Shown: one piece after another, positions 1-9,959 of the stretch
Layout: each line of letters begins with the position of its first letter
How positions within the stretch are numbered: the first letter of the stretch is position 1
Assembly (NCBI GenBank): GCA_040830765.1
Contig: JBFOMH010000028.1
Span: 1 to 64,000 of the forward strand
From: Puniceicoccaceae bacterium
GTDB lineage: Bacteria; Verrucomicrobiota; Verrucomicrobiia; Opitutales; Oceanipulchritudinaceae
Direction: 5' to 3'
Length of the DNA: 64,000 bases
Made by a program: the position numbers and the translations under genes
Notes under the pieces: generated by a model
Seen by the model: only the letters and a program-made list of their open reading frames with translations
Told to the model about the DNA's origin: nothing
Databases searched by the model: none

Positions 1-1
1 C

Positions 2-472
2 TCGATTGGTATCGAAGTGGCGGTCAACGATGGAGACTTGAATGCGGGTGGCTGGGCGCCGACCCGATTGGGGTGGGCCGATGGAAGCGGAACCGCCTAC
101 GAGAATCCCTCGGTTATGGGTGAGCTCCTGCTGGGAGTCTCTCCATTGTCCGCATTCCCAATTATAGGATTGGTTAATGCTGCTCCATCGGGATCCGGAT
201 ATGTCTCCGAATGGTTCGGATACTTTGAAACACCTGTTATCGATTGGATAAAGCATGGTGAGTTTGGATGGCTGTTCACCGGATGGGTTGAATCCACGGA
301 TAGCATGGTGTTCTATAGCTACAACTTGAATACGTGGTTATGGACCAGCCAGGATATATTCGGCTACTTTTATGATTATGCAGCTCAAACTTGGATTACC
401 TTCATTGTTCTTCCTGAAGAGGGGGTTTTCCGTTACGATTTCTCCACGGGAATTTGGGTTAAGGTCCCGTAG
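2..472 (+). CDS. 3' end of a secreted protein (start upstream of window): CBM9-like sugar-binding domain end plus Trp/Tyr-rich C-terminal domain
   Basis: Frame is open from base 2. SIGIEVAVNDGD...RLGW...AYENPSVMGELLL resembles the end of CBM9-type domains. It is followed by a WFG...WIKHGEFGWLF...WLWTS domain also seen at the end of 6297-9956. Confidence 0.6.
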   Translation, partial: SIGIEVAVNDGDLNAGGWAPTRLGWADGSGTAYENPSVMGELLLGVSPLSAFPIIGLVNAAPSGSGYVSEWFGYFETPVIDWIKHGEFGWLFTGWVESTDSMVFYSYNLNTWLWTSQDIFGYFYDYAAQTWITFIVLPEEGVFRYDFSTGIWVKVP

Positions 473-556
473 GGAGAATACGGATGAAATGCAAGGTTTC
501 AGAGCATTCGCTTAGCTGATGATGTTCTGTAGTCGTGGAAAGAATATAACGAAAGA

Positions 557-588
557 ATGGTCGCCTTGGGGTATCCCAAGGCGACCAT
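557..588. terminator. Perfect 14-bp stem-loop (possible terminator or mRNA stabiliser)
   Basis: ATGGTCGCCTTGGG-GTAT-CCCAAGGCGACCAT between two + strand genes; no clear U-tract. Confidence 0.55.
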
Positions 589-664
589 CACAATTTCAAT
601 CCTGCGAGCCGTATATACTTTAGACCATTCAGTCCTCCTCTGCTAAAATGCCATTCACCATACT

Positions 665-1672
665 ATGATAGAAATATTTGAAAGACACCCCCAGAATCCC
701 ATCATAACACCTGGAAAGGAAACTTGGCGACAAGTTGCTGTGTTCAATCCCGGAGTGGTTCTCACAGGCGACAACAAATTCATACTATACGAACGCGCAG
801 CGGGATCGTTGCGTCCTTTTCATAGCAGTATCGGTGCCCTGATCAGCGATGATGGGGTGAATTTCGAGCTCGCCAGGGAAGAACCCATATTAACCGGCGA
901 GATGGTGGGTTTTCCTGACGCAAGTATTGAAGATGCACGGGTAACCAAAATTGATGATTTATATTATCTTGTATTCGCCATGCAGCCCTACTCATTTGAT
1001 TGTTGGCCCAACGGGATTGGTGTTCCCGAATATTACAGCAGTCATTATCGGGAATGGAAATTAAACAAATTGAGTCCGATGATGACCCAATCAGGAATAG
1101 CGGTTTCTTCAAACGGATTTGATTTCACCTTCCACTCCTTTACGACTCCACGTGGGATAGACGACCGGGACAATGTCCTGTTTCCAGGGAAGTTCAATGG
1201 CAAGTTTGCCCTTCTCCGCCGTCCACAGCAATTTGTAGGAGAACGTTACGGTACGGATAAGCCTGGTATCTGGATATCTTTTTCGGAAGACCTCAATTTC
1301 TGGGAAGAACCTGGAAGCATTGCTTTTCCCGAACAACTGTGGGAAGAAAAGAAAATCGGGGCCGCTACTACGCCCATTGAAACTCCTGAAGGGTGGCTTT
1401 GCTTTTACCACGGGGTAGATGCATATGATGTCTACAGGCTGGGTGCGATGTTATTGGATATCAATAATCCCGCAAAAGTTATTGCGAGGACGAAGAATCC
1501 GATTATGCAGCCAACAATGTATTATGAGAAGTATGGCCTTGTAATTCCAAATGTCATCTTCCCCACTGACAACGTTTTAAAGGATGATAGCATCTTTATG
1601 TACTATGGTTGCTGTGATACTTCAATATCTTTGGCTACGTGTGAACTCGATAAATTATTGGCGATTTTCTAA
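665..1672 (+). CDS. GH130 family glycoside phosphorylase/hydrolase (beta-mannoside)
   Basis: Motifs NPIITP, AVFNPG, IEDARV, DDRDNVLFP, KKIGAA, WLCFYHGV, YYGCCD. Confidence 0.85.
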   Translation: MIEIFERHPQNPIITPGKETWRQVAVFNPGVVLTGDNKFILYERAAGSLRPFHSSIGALISDDGVNFELAREEPILTGEMVGFPDASIEDARVTKIDDLYYLVFAMQPYSFDCWPNGIGVPEYYSSHYREWKLNKLSPMMTQSGIAVSSNGFDFTFHSFTTPRGIDDRDNVLFPGKFNGKFALLRRPQQFVGERYGTDKPGIWISFSEDLNFWEEPGSIAFPEQLWEEKKIGAATTPIETPEGWLCFYHGVDAYDVYRLGAMLLDINNPAKVIARTKNPIMQPTMYYEKYGLVIPNVIFPTDNVLKDDSIFMYYGCCDTSISLATCELDKLLAIF

Positions 1673-1698
1673 ATTTCCTTTGGAAGGAAATAGCGTAG

Positions 1699-2050
1699 TG
1701 ACCATTCCCCGTTAATTGGACGGGTTTGAAGTGAAGTTCCGAGTCTGATTTTATGAGAATCAGAAAGGAGTAAAAAGGTGGCTCGGAAGAGACGAAACTG
1801 AGAAGAATAAATTCTCAGGATCCTGAAGGAGTGACAAAAAGGGGTGCTGGTGTCGGACCTGCTCCGGAAGCATGGGATATGCCAGGGGACGTATTGTAAA
1901 TGGAAGGGCAAATACGGCGGATTGGAGCCCAATCAGCTGAAACTGCTGCGGGCGCCTGTTATGATCAATCCAATCGTCCGAGCGATGAGCCTCTCAGGGA
2001 GAAGTTCAAGGAGAAAGCGACCGAACGCCGTCGCTGGGTATCGCAGGTGT
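1699..2050 (+). mobile_element. Decayed IS3-family (IS407-like) insertion sequence remnant
   Basis: TGACC-start putative left IR at 1699. AAGGAG RBS precedes GTG at 1778. OrfA reads RKRRN*EE*ILRILKE*QKGVLVSDLLRKHGICQGTYCKWKGKYGGL with three in-frame stops. An OrfB start follows, DEPLREKFKEKATERRRW(G)YRR, with a frameshift; the remainder is absent. Confidence 0.8.
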
Positions 2051-2194
2051 TGCTCAGGCGCAAGGACTTTTGAGGCAACCGAAAGCACATTTACTGGGTA
2101 GGGGAGCATAGGAATAGCCTTGAACCTATGCAAACGGTGCAAAATAACCACTCAGGCTTGGAGTACTCTACTTCCGATCCGTCGTATTAATGGT

Positions 2195-2370
2195 CAACCT
2201 ATTCAATTTACTCCTTGAACTCCCTCAATCGCCGTCTGGATAGCTGCGGATTCCGGGTTTTCAAGGACCCGCTTGAATTGCTTGCCCATTTTCTTCTCGA
2301 GGGCATAGTACACGCCAGATGATACACTTCGGTAAAGGTTCTCGGAAACTTTGGTAACTCCTTATTCCAT
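2195..2370 (-). pseudogene. N-terminal fragment of a tyrosine recombinase/integrase
   Basis: Manual translation gives ME*GVTKVSENLYRSVSSGVYYALEKKMGKQFKR, then after a 1-nt frameshift SLKTRNPQLSRRRLREFKE*. This resembles the N-terminal arm (LYR..SG.YYA...GKQ..RSLKT) of verrucomicrobial integrases, recognised from memory. It is adjacent to a tRNA. Confidence 0.6.
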
Positions 2371-2410
2371 GTGTATTGCCGGAGTCATGAGTTATTGATA
2401 GTCAACACGT

Positions 2411-2487
<77 letters not shown>

Positions 2488-2546
2488 GTTGACATCAGGG
2501 TCTCGAATTAAAATCCGGACCGCCTAAAGTTTTTACCCATGCAGAC

Positions 2547-2579
2547 AAAAAAACGCCGGATCTGAAAGACCCGGCGTTC
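2547..2579 (-). terminator. Rho-independent terminator of the PEP-CTERM gene (possibly bidirectional)
   Basis: A7 followed by the CGCCGGATCT-GAA-AGACCCGGCG stem, giving a U-tract on the minus strand. Confidence 0.7.
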
Positions 2580-2607
2580 TTGATGAAAAGGATACTTGGA
2601 TGTCAGC

Positions 2608-3357
2608 CTAGCGGCGTTTCCGGACCCAGACCAAGCCAAGGGCCATCAGGCCAAAAAGCGCGGCCATTGTGGACGGTTCCGGTATGGTTGTGATCTCCAG
2701 ACTGCGGAGGATCGGGAAATTGTCTACTTTCCCCAGATTGTAGCGGTCGTTGTCCTCAGCACCGCTGATCACGTCGATCGGTTGGCTGGGGGATAAGCGG
2801 AAAAATACCTCAAATTGGCTCGCATTCCCGTTGACATCATAGAGTGCGGCAAACTGGTCGAATGCAGCACCGGAAGTCAGGTCAATTGAGACATCCAGAC
2901 CATCACTGACATCAGCTGTGCCGAATGTTCCCCAAAGGGCATTGCCTGCGCCAAGTGAACCGACATCCTGTGTGAAGTCGGCTTCTGAAATTCCGAAAAT
3001 GTCGGCGGCTCCCATCAGACTGACGACCACATCAAAATTGGGGTCACTGGTAGTCGCGGGGGTATCCATGGTGAAGGTCAGGTTGACCGAGCTGATGGTC
3101 TCTCCTGCTGGCAAAATTGGCAGGACAAAACCCAGGACGGGAACATTGACGCGCAGGTTGCCGGCAGCACCACCTGCTCCAACACGGCGTGAATTGTTGT
3201 TGTCCGTTAGAAAGACTTCCGGGCTGCCGCTTTCGAAGTTTCCTTGAATGACATTGTTGGAACTGACATCCGCGGAAAATATGCCAGCGTTGGCCACCAT
3301 TCCTGAGGTCATGGCTGCGATTACAAGGATTCCGGTTAAAGTTGTTTGTTTCATCAT
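2608..3357 (-). CDS. PEP-CTERM sorting-domain protein
   Basis: Signal peptide ending VANA; C-terminus IPEPSTMAALFGLMALGLVWVRKRR. Confidence 0.9.
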   Translation of the reverse strand: MMKQTTLTGILVIAAMTSGMVANAGIFSADVSSNNVIQGNFESGSPEVFLTDNNNSRRVGAGGAAGNLRVNVPVLGFVLPILPAGETISSVNLTFTMDTPATTSDPNFDVVVSLMGAADIFGISEADFTQDVGSLGAGNALWGTFGTADVSDGLDVSIDLTSGAAFDQFAALYDVNGNASQFEVFFRLSPSQPIDVISGAEDNDRYNLGKVDNFPILRSLEITTIPEPSTMAALFGLMALGLVWVRKRR

Positions 3358-3637
3358 CTGATTCCTTTAAGCGTTCGTAATAAGGGTCGTGTGAGGGTTT
3401 ATTCTAGGACGAAGTTCTATCACCTAACAAACATTAAAGCACCGATTCCTCCTGCAAACCGCCATTTATTTATCATTACTGTATGAGGGGGGGGTCGAGA
3501 TACCCGCCGGTTGTCCGGCCAGCGAAGCGTGGTGTCATATCGGAATGGGCCAGGAGATTGAGACCTTTTCGGCCTCTTTTGGTCCGGCTTGCTTTGAGCG
3601 ATAATGGAATGCATAAACTAGACACTTGGTTTAGTTT

Positions 3638-3964
3638 ATGTGCGCTAAGAAATTCAAGTTAAAGCCTACCGTTTCACAGCCATACAGTACGCTGGAACAA
3701 GACCATAAACCGGTCGATTCACGTCAGATACTGCAGGAGAACACGGAGAGAGGACTGACCAACGAATCTTTCGAGGTAACAGAGCGTCCCCGGCGGAAGC
3801 GGCGTGACTATTTGGTGCTCATGGTCTTGGGCAACCTGTTGTTGCTGATCCCGCTGCTTCTGTTTCTTCCCAATCTGTTCATCTCGGTCAGCTGCCTGTC
3901 CGGGATGGTTCTCTATTCGGTGGGGATATCCTGGGTCATGTGGGGCGTAATGGGGGATTACTAG
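3638..3964 (+). CDS. Small hypothetical membrane protein (2 TM)
   Basis: RRKRRDY followed by two hydrophobic helices, ending WVMWGVMGDY. Confidence 0.65.
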   Translation: MCAKKFKLKPTVSQPYSTLEQDHKPVDSRQILQENTERGLTNESFEVTERPRRKRRDYLVLMVLGNLLLLIPLLLFLPNLFISVSCLSGMVLYSVGISWVMWGVMGDY

Positions 3965-3989
3965 GGGCTGTAACCGGAAAGGAAAATTG

Positions 3990-5405
3990 ATGAAGGCAGG
4001 TAGATGCAGAAACTGGGTGGTTGTGGCTTTGCAAATGGCCGGGGTGCTCGCCGGTGCCTCCACCGTGGATTGCGAAATCGGTTCACGGCTGGAATTGTTC
4101 ACCGACGATTACCTTGTCGGGCGGATGGATGGCCTCCGTCTGAAGCTGCATGCTCCCCAATTGGCACCTGCCCCGGAGCAACCCCTGATTGGGGCATACA
4201 CGACGGTCCTCAAGGACGGAGACCGTTTCCGGGCCTGGTACCGGGCGGTCATTCCCGGCTATGACGGGGAGCGTTATGATGGGCACCCGGGGGAACTGAC
4301 CTGCTACGCAGAAAGCATGGATGGGCACGACTGGACCTTCCCTGAATTGGACATCCATGAGGTCAGGGGACCCCAGGGCGGCAATGTCATCCTGGCCGGG
4401 CAAGCCCCCTTCAGTCACAATTTCTCCCCGTTCATCGACACGCGACCCGATTGTCCTCCGAATGAGCGCTACAAGGCCATGTCTGGCGTCCATGCCGGTG
4501 GAGGATTGCATGCCTTTGTCTCGGCAGACGGCATTGATTGGCGGGAGGCGGGTAACGGACCGGTCATCACCTCCGAGGCATTTGCTTTTGATTCACAGAG
4601 TTCCGCCTTCTGGTCGGAAGCGGAGGGGCGGTACATTTGTTACTTTCGTTCATGGACGCTGCCCGAAGACGGACTGCGGACCATCAGCCGCACGACATCG
4701 GAGGACTTCCTTAACTGGACTCCGCCGGTGCCGATGCATCCAAACCTCCCCGGCGAGCACCTCTACACCAACAACACCCATCCCTACTTCCGGGCCCCGC
4801 ATCTCTACATAGCCCTGCCGACCCGGTTCTTGCCGGACCGGGGCAACTCGACTGATATTCTCTTTATGACCACTCGGGTTGGCTCGGACCATTACGACCG
4901 CACATTCACCGAGGCCTTCATCCGCCCGGGACTGGATCCCGCCCGCTGGGGCAACCGGGCCAATTACGCCGCCCTCAATGTGCTGCCAACAGGTCCGGAT
5001 GAGTTGTCCATCTGGCACGGACCGTCGGGTCGACGCTACACCCTGCGGACGGATGGGTTCGTCTCTGTCCATGCCGGAGCAGAAGCTGGTGAGCTTCTGA
5101 CCAAGGTCCTGACTTTTTCTGGCAATCAATTGGTGATCAATGCCAGCACCTCCGCCGCCGGAAGCATCCGGGTGGAAATGCAAGCCGTTGATGGCTCGCC
5201 GCTGGACGGATTCTCCCTCGATGACAGCGAACCGTTTGTCGGAGATGCCATTGAACATGTCATCAATTGGAAAGGTCAGGACAACCTGCACCAACTAATC
5301 GGAAAGCCGGTCCGCATTCGGTTTGTCCTTCAAGAGGCCGACCTCTTTTCAATCCGCTTCAGGCCTGTCGGCGACAACAGCAAGAAGGATTCAAAGCTCC
5401 CGTAG
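3990..5405 (+). CDS. Putative secreted glycoside hydrolase (5-bladed beta-propeller, GH32/43 clan-like, PVC type)
   Basis: RLELFTDDYL, CYAESMDGHDW, SADGIDW, AFDSQ, YTLRTDGFVSV and DLFSIRF motifs; N-terminal hydrophobic stretch. Confidence 0.65.
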   Translation: MKAGRCRNWVVVALQMAGVLAGASTVDCEIGSRLELFTDDYLVGRMDGLRLKLHAPQLAPAPEQPLIGAYTTVLKDGDRFRAWYRAVIPGYDGERYDGHPGELTCYAESMDGHDWTFPELDIHEVRGPQGGNVILAGQAPFSHNFSPFIDTRPDCPPNERYKAMSGVHAGGGLHAFVSADGIDWREAGNGPVITSEAFAFDSQSSAFWSEAEGRYICYFRSWTLPEDGLRTISRTTSEDFLNWTPPVPMHPNLPGEHLYTNNTHPYFRAPHLYIALPTRFLPDRGNSTDILFMTTRVGSDHYDRTFTEAFIRPGLDPARWGNRANYAALNVLPTGPDELSIWHGPSGRRYTLRTDGFVSVHAGAEAGELLTKVLTFSGNQLVINASTSAAGSIRVEMQAVDGSPLDGFSLDDSEPFVGDAIEHVINWKGQDNLHQLIGKPVRIRFVLQEADLFSIRFRPVGDNSKKDSKLP

Positions 5406-6131
5406 AAACAGGTCCTTGAATTGAATCTTCAATGCATCATTCCTGTGCAACTGGAGGGCGATATAGCCGTTCATCCCTACATTGAGTTCCTGGTGCGCCT
5501 TGTCATCCAGGATGCCCTTGGCATTAAAGTTCGTGATCTGTATTCCATTGACCACGACAACAATCCGCGTCCCCAGGCAGCGGATGAACATGTCGTTCCA
5601 ATCTCCCTCGTGGTAGACAAATTCGCCGGGGACCGCTTCGGGCGAAATTCTCGAGTCTGGCAGGCTGGGATTTATCCATCGCTTCTCCGAGCGCGTCTCG
5701 TCATAGATAAGTCCGTTGCGAAAGGGACCTCTTGGGTTGATGTCAGCCTGGGGACCGTCCAGCCAGCCGCCACCCGGTGCATCTGTTCCGTCATCATAAC
5801 GGCTGCGGAATTGCACGCCTGAGTTACCTCGGGAATTCTCAAGACTCCTGAACTTCAATTTCAGCTCAAAGTCCTCAAATTCGCGATCAAATTGCAGCCA
5901 CACATAATCATGGTCCGGATCATTCATGGAGTCGCACTGGATAGTCCCTTCTTGCACCGACCAATAAGTCTTTCCTCTGTCCTCCGGCAGGCATTGCACA
6001 CTCCAACCGGACAAGTCCTCGCCGTTGAAGAGCGAAATCCAGCCAATGTCATCTGCCGGGAGGTTACTGCAATTCAGCAGTATTCCCGAAATAATGAGGG
6101 TCACAGCATGAGGCGTAAGCGATTGTGGCAT
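5391..6131 (-). CDS. DUF1080 / 3-keto-disaccharide hydrolase family protein
   Basis: WISLFNGEDLSGW, DFELKLKF, GNSGVQFRS, GDWN and GYIALQLH motifs; start placed at internal Met 6131. Confidence 0.85.
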   Translation of the reverse strand: MPQSLTPHAVTLIISGILLNCSNLPADDIGWISLFNGEDLSGWSVQCLPEDRGKTYWSVQEGTIQCDSMNDPDHDYVWLQFDREFEDFELKLKFRSLENSRGNSGVQFRSRYDDGTDAPGGGWLDGPQADINPRGPFRNGLIYDETRSEKRWINPSLPDSRISPEAVPGEFVYHEGDWNDMFIRCLGTRIVVVVNGIQITNFNAKGILDDKAHQELNVGMNGYIALQLHRNDALKIQFKDLFLREL

Positions 6132-6296
6132 GCTGCCAGCCTTGCCCGTGGATGTGAATTTTTCAAGTTCGTCTTTTGAGATCGCTAACCTTGATTTGCT
6201 AAAGGTAGGTCTTCGATTTTCAGCAAGCTGACAATGCTTAAACAAGCAGTAATGCTAATCGCTTGCAAAACTAGTGCTTATGGTGCAAACGGGTGC

Positions 6297-9200
6297 ATGC
6301 TTGCGAAATATGGAAAACTGGTCTTTGGCCTGTGTGCTGTTTGTCTAATAGTCCCGCTGCAGGGGCAGAATGTGATTTTCATCGGTGATGCCGGTGGTGG
6401 GAACCACCGCAGTGAGGCGCGTGCAGTGGCGAGCCTGAATGGCGGAACGGATCTTTTGGTGGTGGGTGGTTCCCAGAGCGATTTGGGCTTTGAGCTGACG
6501 ACCTTCACGACCGGGGACGAATCGACTCCTCCTGAGTTATTTATCCATCCTCAGGCATTTGGCAGTCTACCCGGGACTGGCTTCCGGACCATTTCCGATA
6601 TTACTCCTGACGGTTCCCTTATTGTTGGCCGCCAATACGATGAGACCGGCGAGGTCCGAGCCTTTGTCAGTGGTCCCTTCGGGGAGGATTTCACCTGGAT
6701 GCCACACAGCCCGAATGCTGTCCTTTCCCGGGCAACGGGCATTTCGGATGACGGTTCGATCATTGTCGGTCAATTGAACGATTCCGTGGAGGGTCGGCGG
6801 GCGGTCTACTGGGACGCTGAACGGAACCTGAATTTTATTCCTCCAGTACCTGGGCACGAGTCCTTTGTCTGGGCCTATGATGTGTCGCCGGATGGCACGG
6901 TCATCGTTGGCTTTGCGGAGGAGTGGGATGAAAGCATTCAGGTCATCAGCCAGGTCGGCTTTGTCTGGACCGAAGCCGATGGTATCCAGATTCTGGATTC
7001 AGCATTGGGATTCACGGATGTCCTGACCCTCTCGGATGACGGAACCCTCGGCGGCGGGCGGATTTATGGTAACGAGGTGTCTTATCCGGCCTACTGGAGT
7101 CTTGCCGGCCGGAGACCAATCGTGCTGCCCGTTCCAGAAGGTTTTGAAGGTGGACAGGTGGACAGCTTCTCCGCCGATGGCACAGTGGCCACCGGATACC
7201 TTGTCGATTCCGATGAATCAGAGGGTCCGGTCTTCACTGGCGTCATGTGGGACCTTGCTGGGCACAATGCCTCCCTGTCGACCAGCAATCATACCCTCTA
7301 TCTGAAAGGGGATGGGACGGTTTGGGCGACGGGTTACAACCTCTACGGCCAGCTCGGCGACGGGACCAATGTCGATAAATCGACACCTTTTCAAATCCCT
7401 GGATTGACGGATGTCGTTTCCGTCACTGCAGGACTCCGCCATAGCTTGTTTGTGAAGGCTGATGGTACTGTCTTGGCTGCGGGATGGAATGCGGGTGGCC
7501 AACTCGGTGATGGCACAACTACGGACCGGTCCACTTTAGTCGAAGTGGTCGGCTTGACGGATGTCATTGCAACTGCAACAGCTGCGAACCATAGCCTCTT
7601 CCTCAAGAGCGATGGAACAGTCTGGGCTTCAGGATTCAATTTGAACGGTCAGCTTGGAGACGGGACAACGACAGACCGGTCCACTCCAGTTCAGATGACC
7701 GGCATTACGGATGTCGTGGCGATTGCAGCAGGATCCGGTCACAGCATGCTCTTAAAAAGTGATGGAACAGTCTGGGCCACGGGACGAAATCTCAATGGGC
7801 AATACGGGAATGGGACAACCACGGAGTCGTTGGTTCCGGTTGAGGTCGTTGGTCTCAGCGGTGTTGTTTCCATAGCCTGTGGAGGCAATCATACTTACTT
7901 CCTTATGGAAGATGGTACGGTCTGGGCCACGGGATTGAATTCTTTGGGCCAACTTGGGGATGGAACAGAAATTGATAAATCGAGCCCGGTGCAAGTCAGC
8001 GGTCTGAGTGACATCGTGGCCATCTCTGCAGCACCAAACTATGTCCATGGTCTATTTTTGAGAAGCGATAGGACTGCCTGGTCCACTGGTAATAATTTTG
8101 GAGGACAATTGGGTGATGGAACAACAGAAAACAAAAGCACGCCTGTGCAGGTCCTGGACGACGTTGTTGAGATCATTGCCGGGACCAATCACAGCACCTT
8201 TGTCAAACGGGACGGTTCCGTCTGGTCAACGGGCTTCAATGGATCGGGTCAGTTTGGCAATGGTTCCACTACAGATGCATTAATTCCCATTCGGGCAAAT
8301 CAATCCACGGTGCTCACCTTCTTCCAGCCATGGGCGATGCAGTATGGCTGTTCCTTTAATGGTGCCCATGTGCAGAGTGCATCCATTCTTGCGGACGGGG
8401 AGACGTTCTATGGGGAAGTCTTCTTCCCGGATACCGGTGCGGTGGAAGGCTATGTCGCCCAGATTGACCCGACCCCGACGGACCTGACCATCGTCGGGCG
8501 CCTGCCGTATCCGGATAACCGTACCCAGGACGGTGTCGGTGATTCGGTTTTTATCCGGGACATCGACCCGCTGGGGCGCCTTGCCGCCGGTCAGGGCAAT
8601 TTCCACGAAGGTGCGAAATCGATTTCCCTGCCCGTCTACTGGACTCCGGGGACCGGCTTGCGCGAATTTGCCCGGATGACCGACAATCCCAATCCGGATG
8701 AATGGAGCGGACGTTTTGGCCGGGTTTACGACGTCACCACCTGTGGCGACTTCATGGTCGGCCAAGGCTTTGGAGCCGAGACCTGGGGCTACGGGTTTAT
8801 GGCCAATGCCCAGGGCGAGACTGCCCGGCTGCCGGTCAACGAGATTTTTTCACCCATCGAAGGACAGATTATCCGGGAGGAGAGCCGCGCCTTCGCCATG
8901 TCTGATGGAGGAAACATCATTGTTGGTCAGGCCAATGCCAGGGGCCGTTCGACACCCAACCGGGGTGCCCGCTGGGACCAACTCGGCGAGGGACAGCTCC
9001 TTTCAATCGAGGGCGTGGATTCAGCGCTCCTTTCCTTCGCCACGGACATATCCGTCAACGGTTCGGTTGTGAATGGATTTGCTCTTTTGTCCGACGCCAT
9101 ATCACCGACCGGGTTTGTCTGGCGTCCGATTGTCTGGGAAGGGGATAGTCCCCGTGTGATGCCACTGTTGGAGGGATACACCAATGCGGATACCTGGTTC

Positions 9201-9956
9201 ATGTCGCACGATGGCGCAACAGTTGTGGGTAGCTTCTACAACCTCAACGAGCAAAACCAACCTGCCGGCCGTCAGGGATACCTGTGGAATCTTGCTGATG
9301 ACAGTTTTGATATGCTTGATTTGCCTGGAGGATGGACTGAGCCGGACCTGTTGAAACCCAACTTTGACGGCTCAATCGTGACCGGTATCGCCCGGGACGG
9401 GGAGGCAACATTGACCTTCGTCTGGGACCGGAATAGGGGAGTTTATGAGGTCAAGGACTACCTGGAAACCGTCTTGGGCTATACTGTCGGGCCCTATGAA
9501 ATTACACTGGCAAATCCCAACGACGAGGGCACCCATCTGGTGGGTCAGGTTGCGGGCAAGTATGGTGAGTTCGCCTTCTTCATGCCCCTGCCGGAAGAGC
9601 TGGTCCCCGCCGGGGCACGTTATCTCTGGCGTTCAGCTCCTGCACGCGAGGATGCCTACAAGAACATCGATTGGTTTGGCTGGCTGGCTGATTCCGGCAC
9701 CTACCCATGGGTGTATCACATCGAACATGGCTGGATCTACACCCAGGGCAGTGATCCAAAGAGCTTCGCGCTCTTTGATACCAGCCTCGATAGCTGGTGG
9801 TTGATTGATCGGAATGCCTATCCCTGGATGTTCAAGCTGGGTGCCAACAGCGGTTGGTATTATTACTACGCTCCCTTTGGAACGCCTGGCGAGCGGTTTT
9901 TCTACAATCCGGCCACCGGCGAGACCGGGCTGGAGGCAGATATTTTTCCAAACTGA
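6297..9956 (+). CDS. Large secreted protein: HAF-like beta-propellers, 7 RCC1/BLIP-II repeats and a Trp/Tyr-rich C-terminal domain
   Basis: Signal peptide; repeated A.GISDDGS.IVG blades; seven H..FLKSDGTVWATG.N..GQLGDGT repeats (~7260-8300); C-terminal WFGW...YPWVYHIEHGWIY. Confidence 0.85.
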   Translation: MLAKYGKLVFGLCAVCLIVPLQGQNVIFIGDAGGGNHRSEARAVASLNGGTDLLVVGGSQSDLGFELTTFTTGDESTPPELFIHPQAFGSLPGTGFRTISDITPDGSLIVGRQYDETGEVRAFVSGPFGEDFTWMPHSPNAVLSRATGISDDGSIIVGQLNDSVEGRRAVYWDAERNLNFIPPVPGHESFVWAYDVSPDGTVIVGFAEEWDESIQVISQVGFVWTEADGIQILDSALGFTDVLTLSDDGTLGGGRIYGNEVSYPAYWSLAGRRPIVLPVPEGFEGGQVDSFSADGTVATGYLVDSDESEGPVFTGVMWDLAGHNASLSTSNHTLYLKGDGTVWATGYNLYGQLGDGTNVDKSTPFQIPGLTDVVSVTAGLRHSLFVKADGTVLAAGWNAGGQLGDGTTTDRSTLVEVVGLTDVIATATAANHSLFLKSDGTVWASGFNLNGQLGDGTTTDRSTPVQMTGITDVVAIAAGSGHSMLLKSDGTVWATGRNLNGQYGNGTTTESLVPVEVVGLSGVVSIACGGNHTYFLMEDGTVWATGLNSLGQLGDGTEIDKSSPVQVSGLSDIVAISAAPNYVHGLFLRSDRTAWSTGNNFGGQLGDGTTENKSTPVQVLDDVVEIIAGTNHSTFVKRDGSVWSTGFNGSGQFGNGSTTDALIPIRANQSTVLTFFQPWAMQYGCSFNGAHVQSASILADGETFYGEVFFPDTGAVEGYVAQIDPTPTDLTIVGRLPYPDNRTQDGVGDSVFIRDIDPLGRLAAGQGNFHEGAKSISLPVYWTPGTGLREFARMTDNPNPDEWSGRFGRVYDVTTCGDFMVGQGFGAETWGYGFMANAQGETARLPVNEIFSPIEGQIIREESRAFAMSDGGNIIVGQANARGRSTPNRGARWDQLGEGQLLSIEGVDSALLSFATDISVNGSVVNGFALLSDAISPTGFVWRPIVWEGDSPRVMPLLEGYTNADTWFMSHDGATVVGSFYNLNEQNQPAGRQGYLWNLADDSFDMLDLPGGWTEPDLLKPNFDGSIVTGIARDGEATLTFVWDRNRGVYEVKDYLETVLGYTVGPYEITLANPNDEGTHLVGQVAGKYGEFAFFMPLPEELVPAGARYLWRSAPAREDAYKNIDWFGWLADSGTYPWVYHIEHGWIYTQGSDPKSFALFDTSLDSWWLIDRNAYPWMFKLGANSGWYYYYAPFGTPGERFFYNPATGETGLEADIFPN

Positions 9957-9959
9957 TCG

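Noticed and set aside
1844..2101. 85-aa ORF as an intact gene
   Set aside because: It is a fragment of the decayed IS3 OrfA running into out-of-frame sequence.
6125..6141. Sigma-54-like GG-N10-GC upstream of the RCC1 protein (and a similar site near 18849)
   Set aside because: The -12 element is poor (CAGC here, TTGA at the other site), so these are likely chance matches.
7260..8300. RCC1 repeats as a DGR template/variable pair or DNA repeat array
   Set aside because: These are protein-level repeats with diverged codons. No reverse transcriptase is present and I saw no adenine-specific variation.
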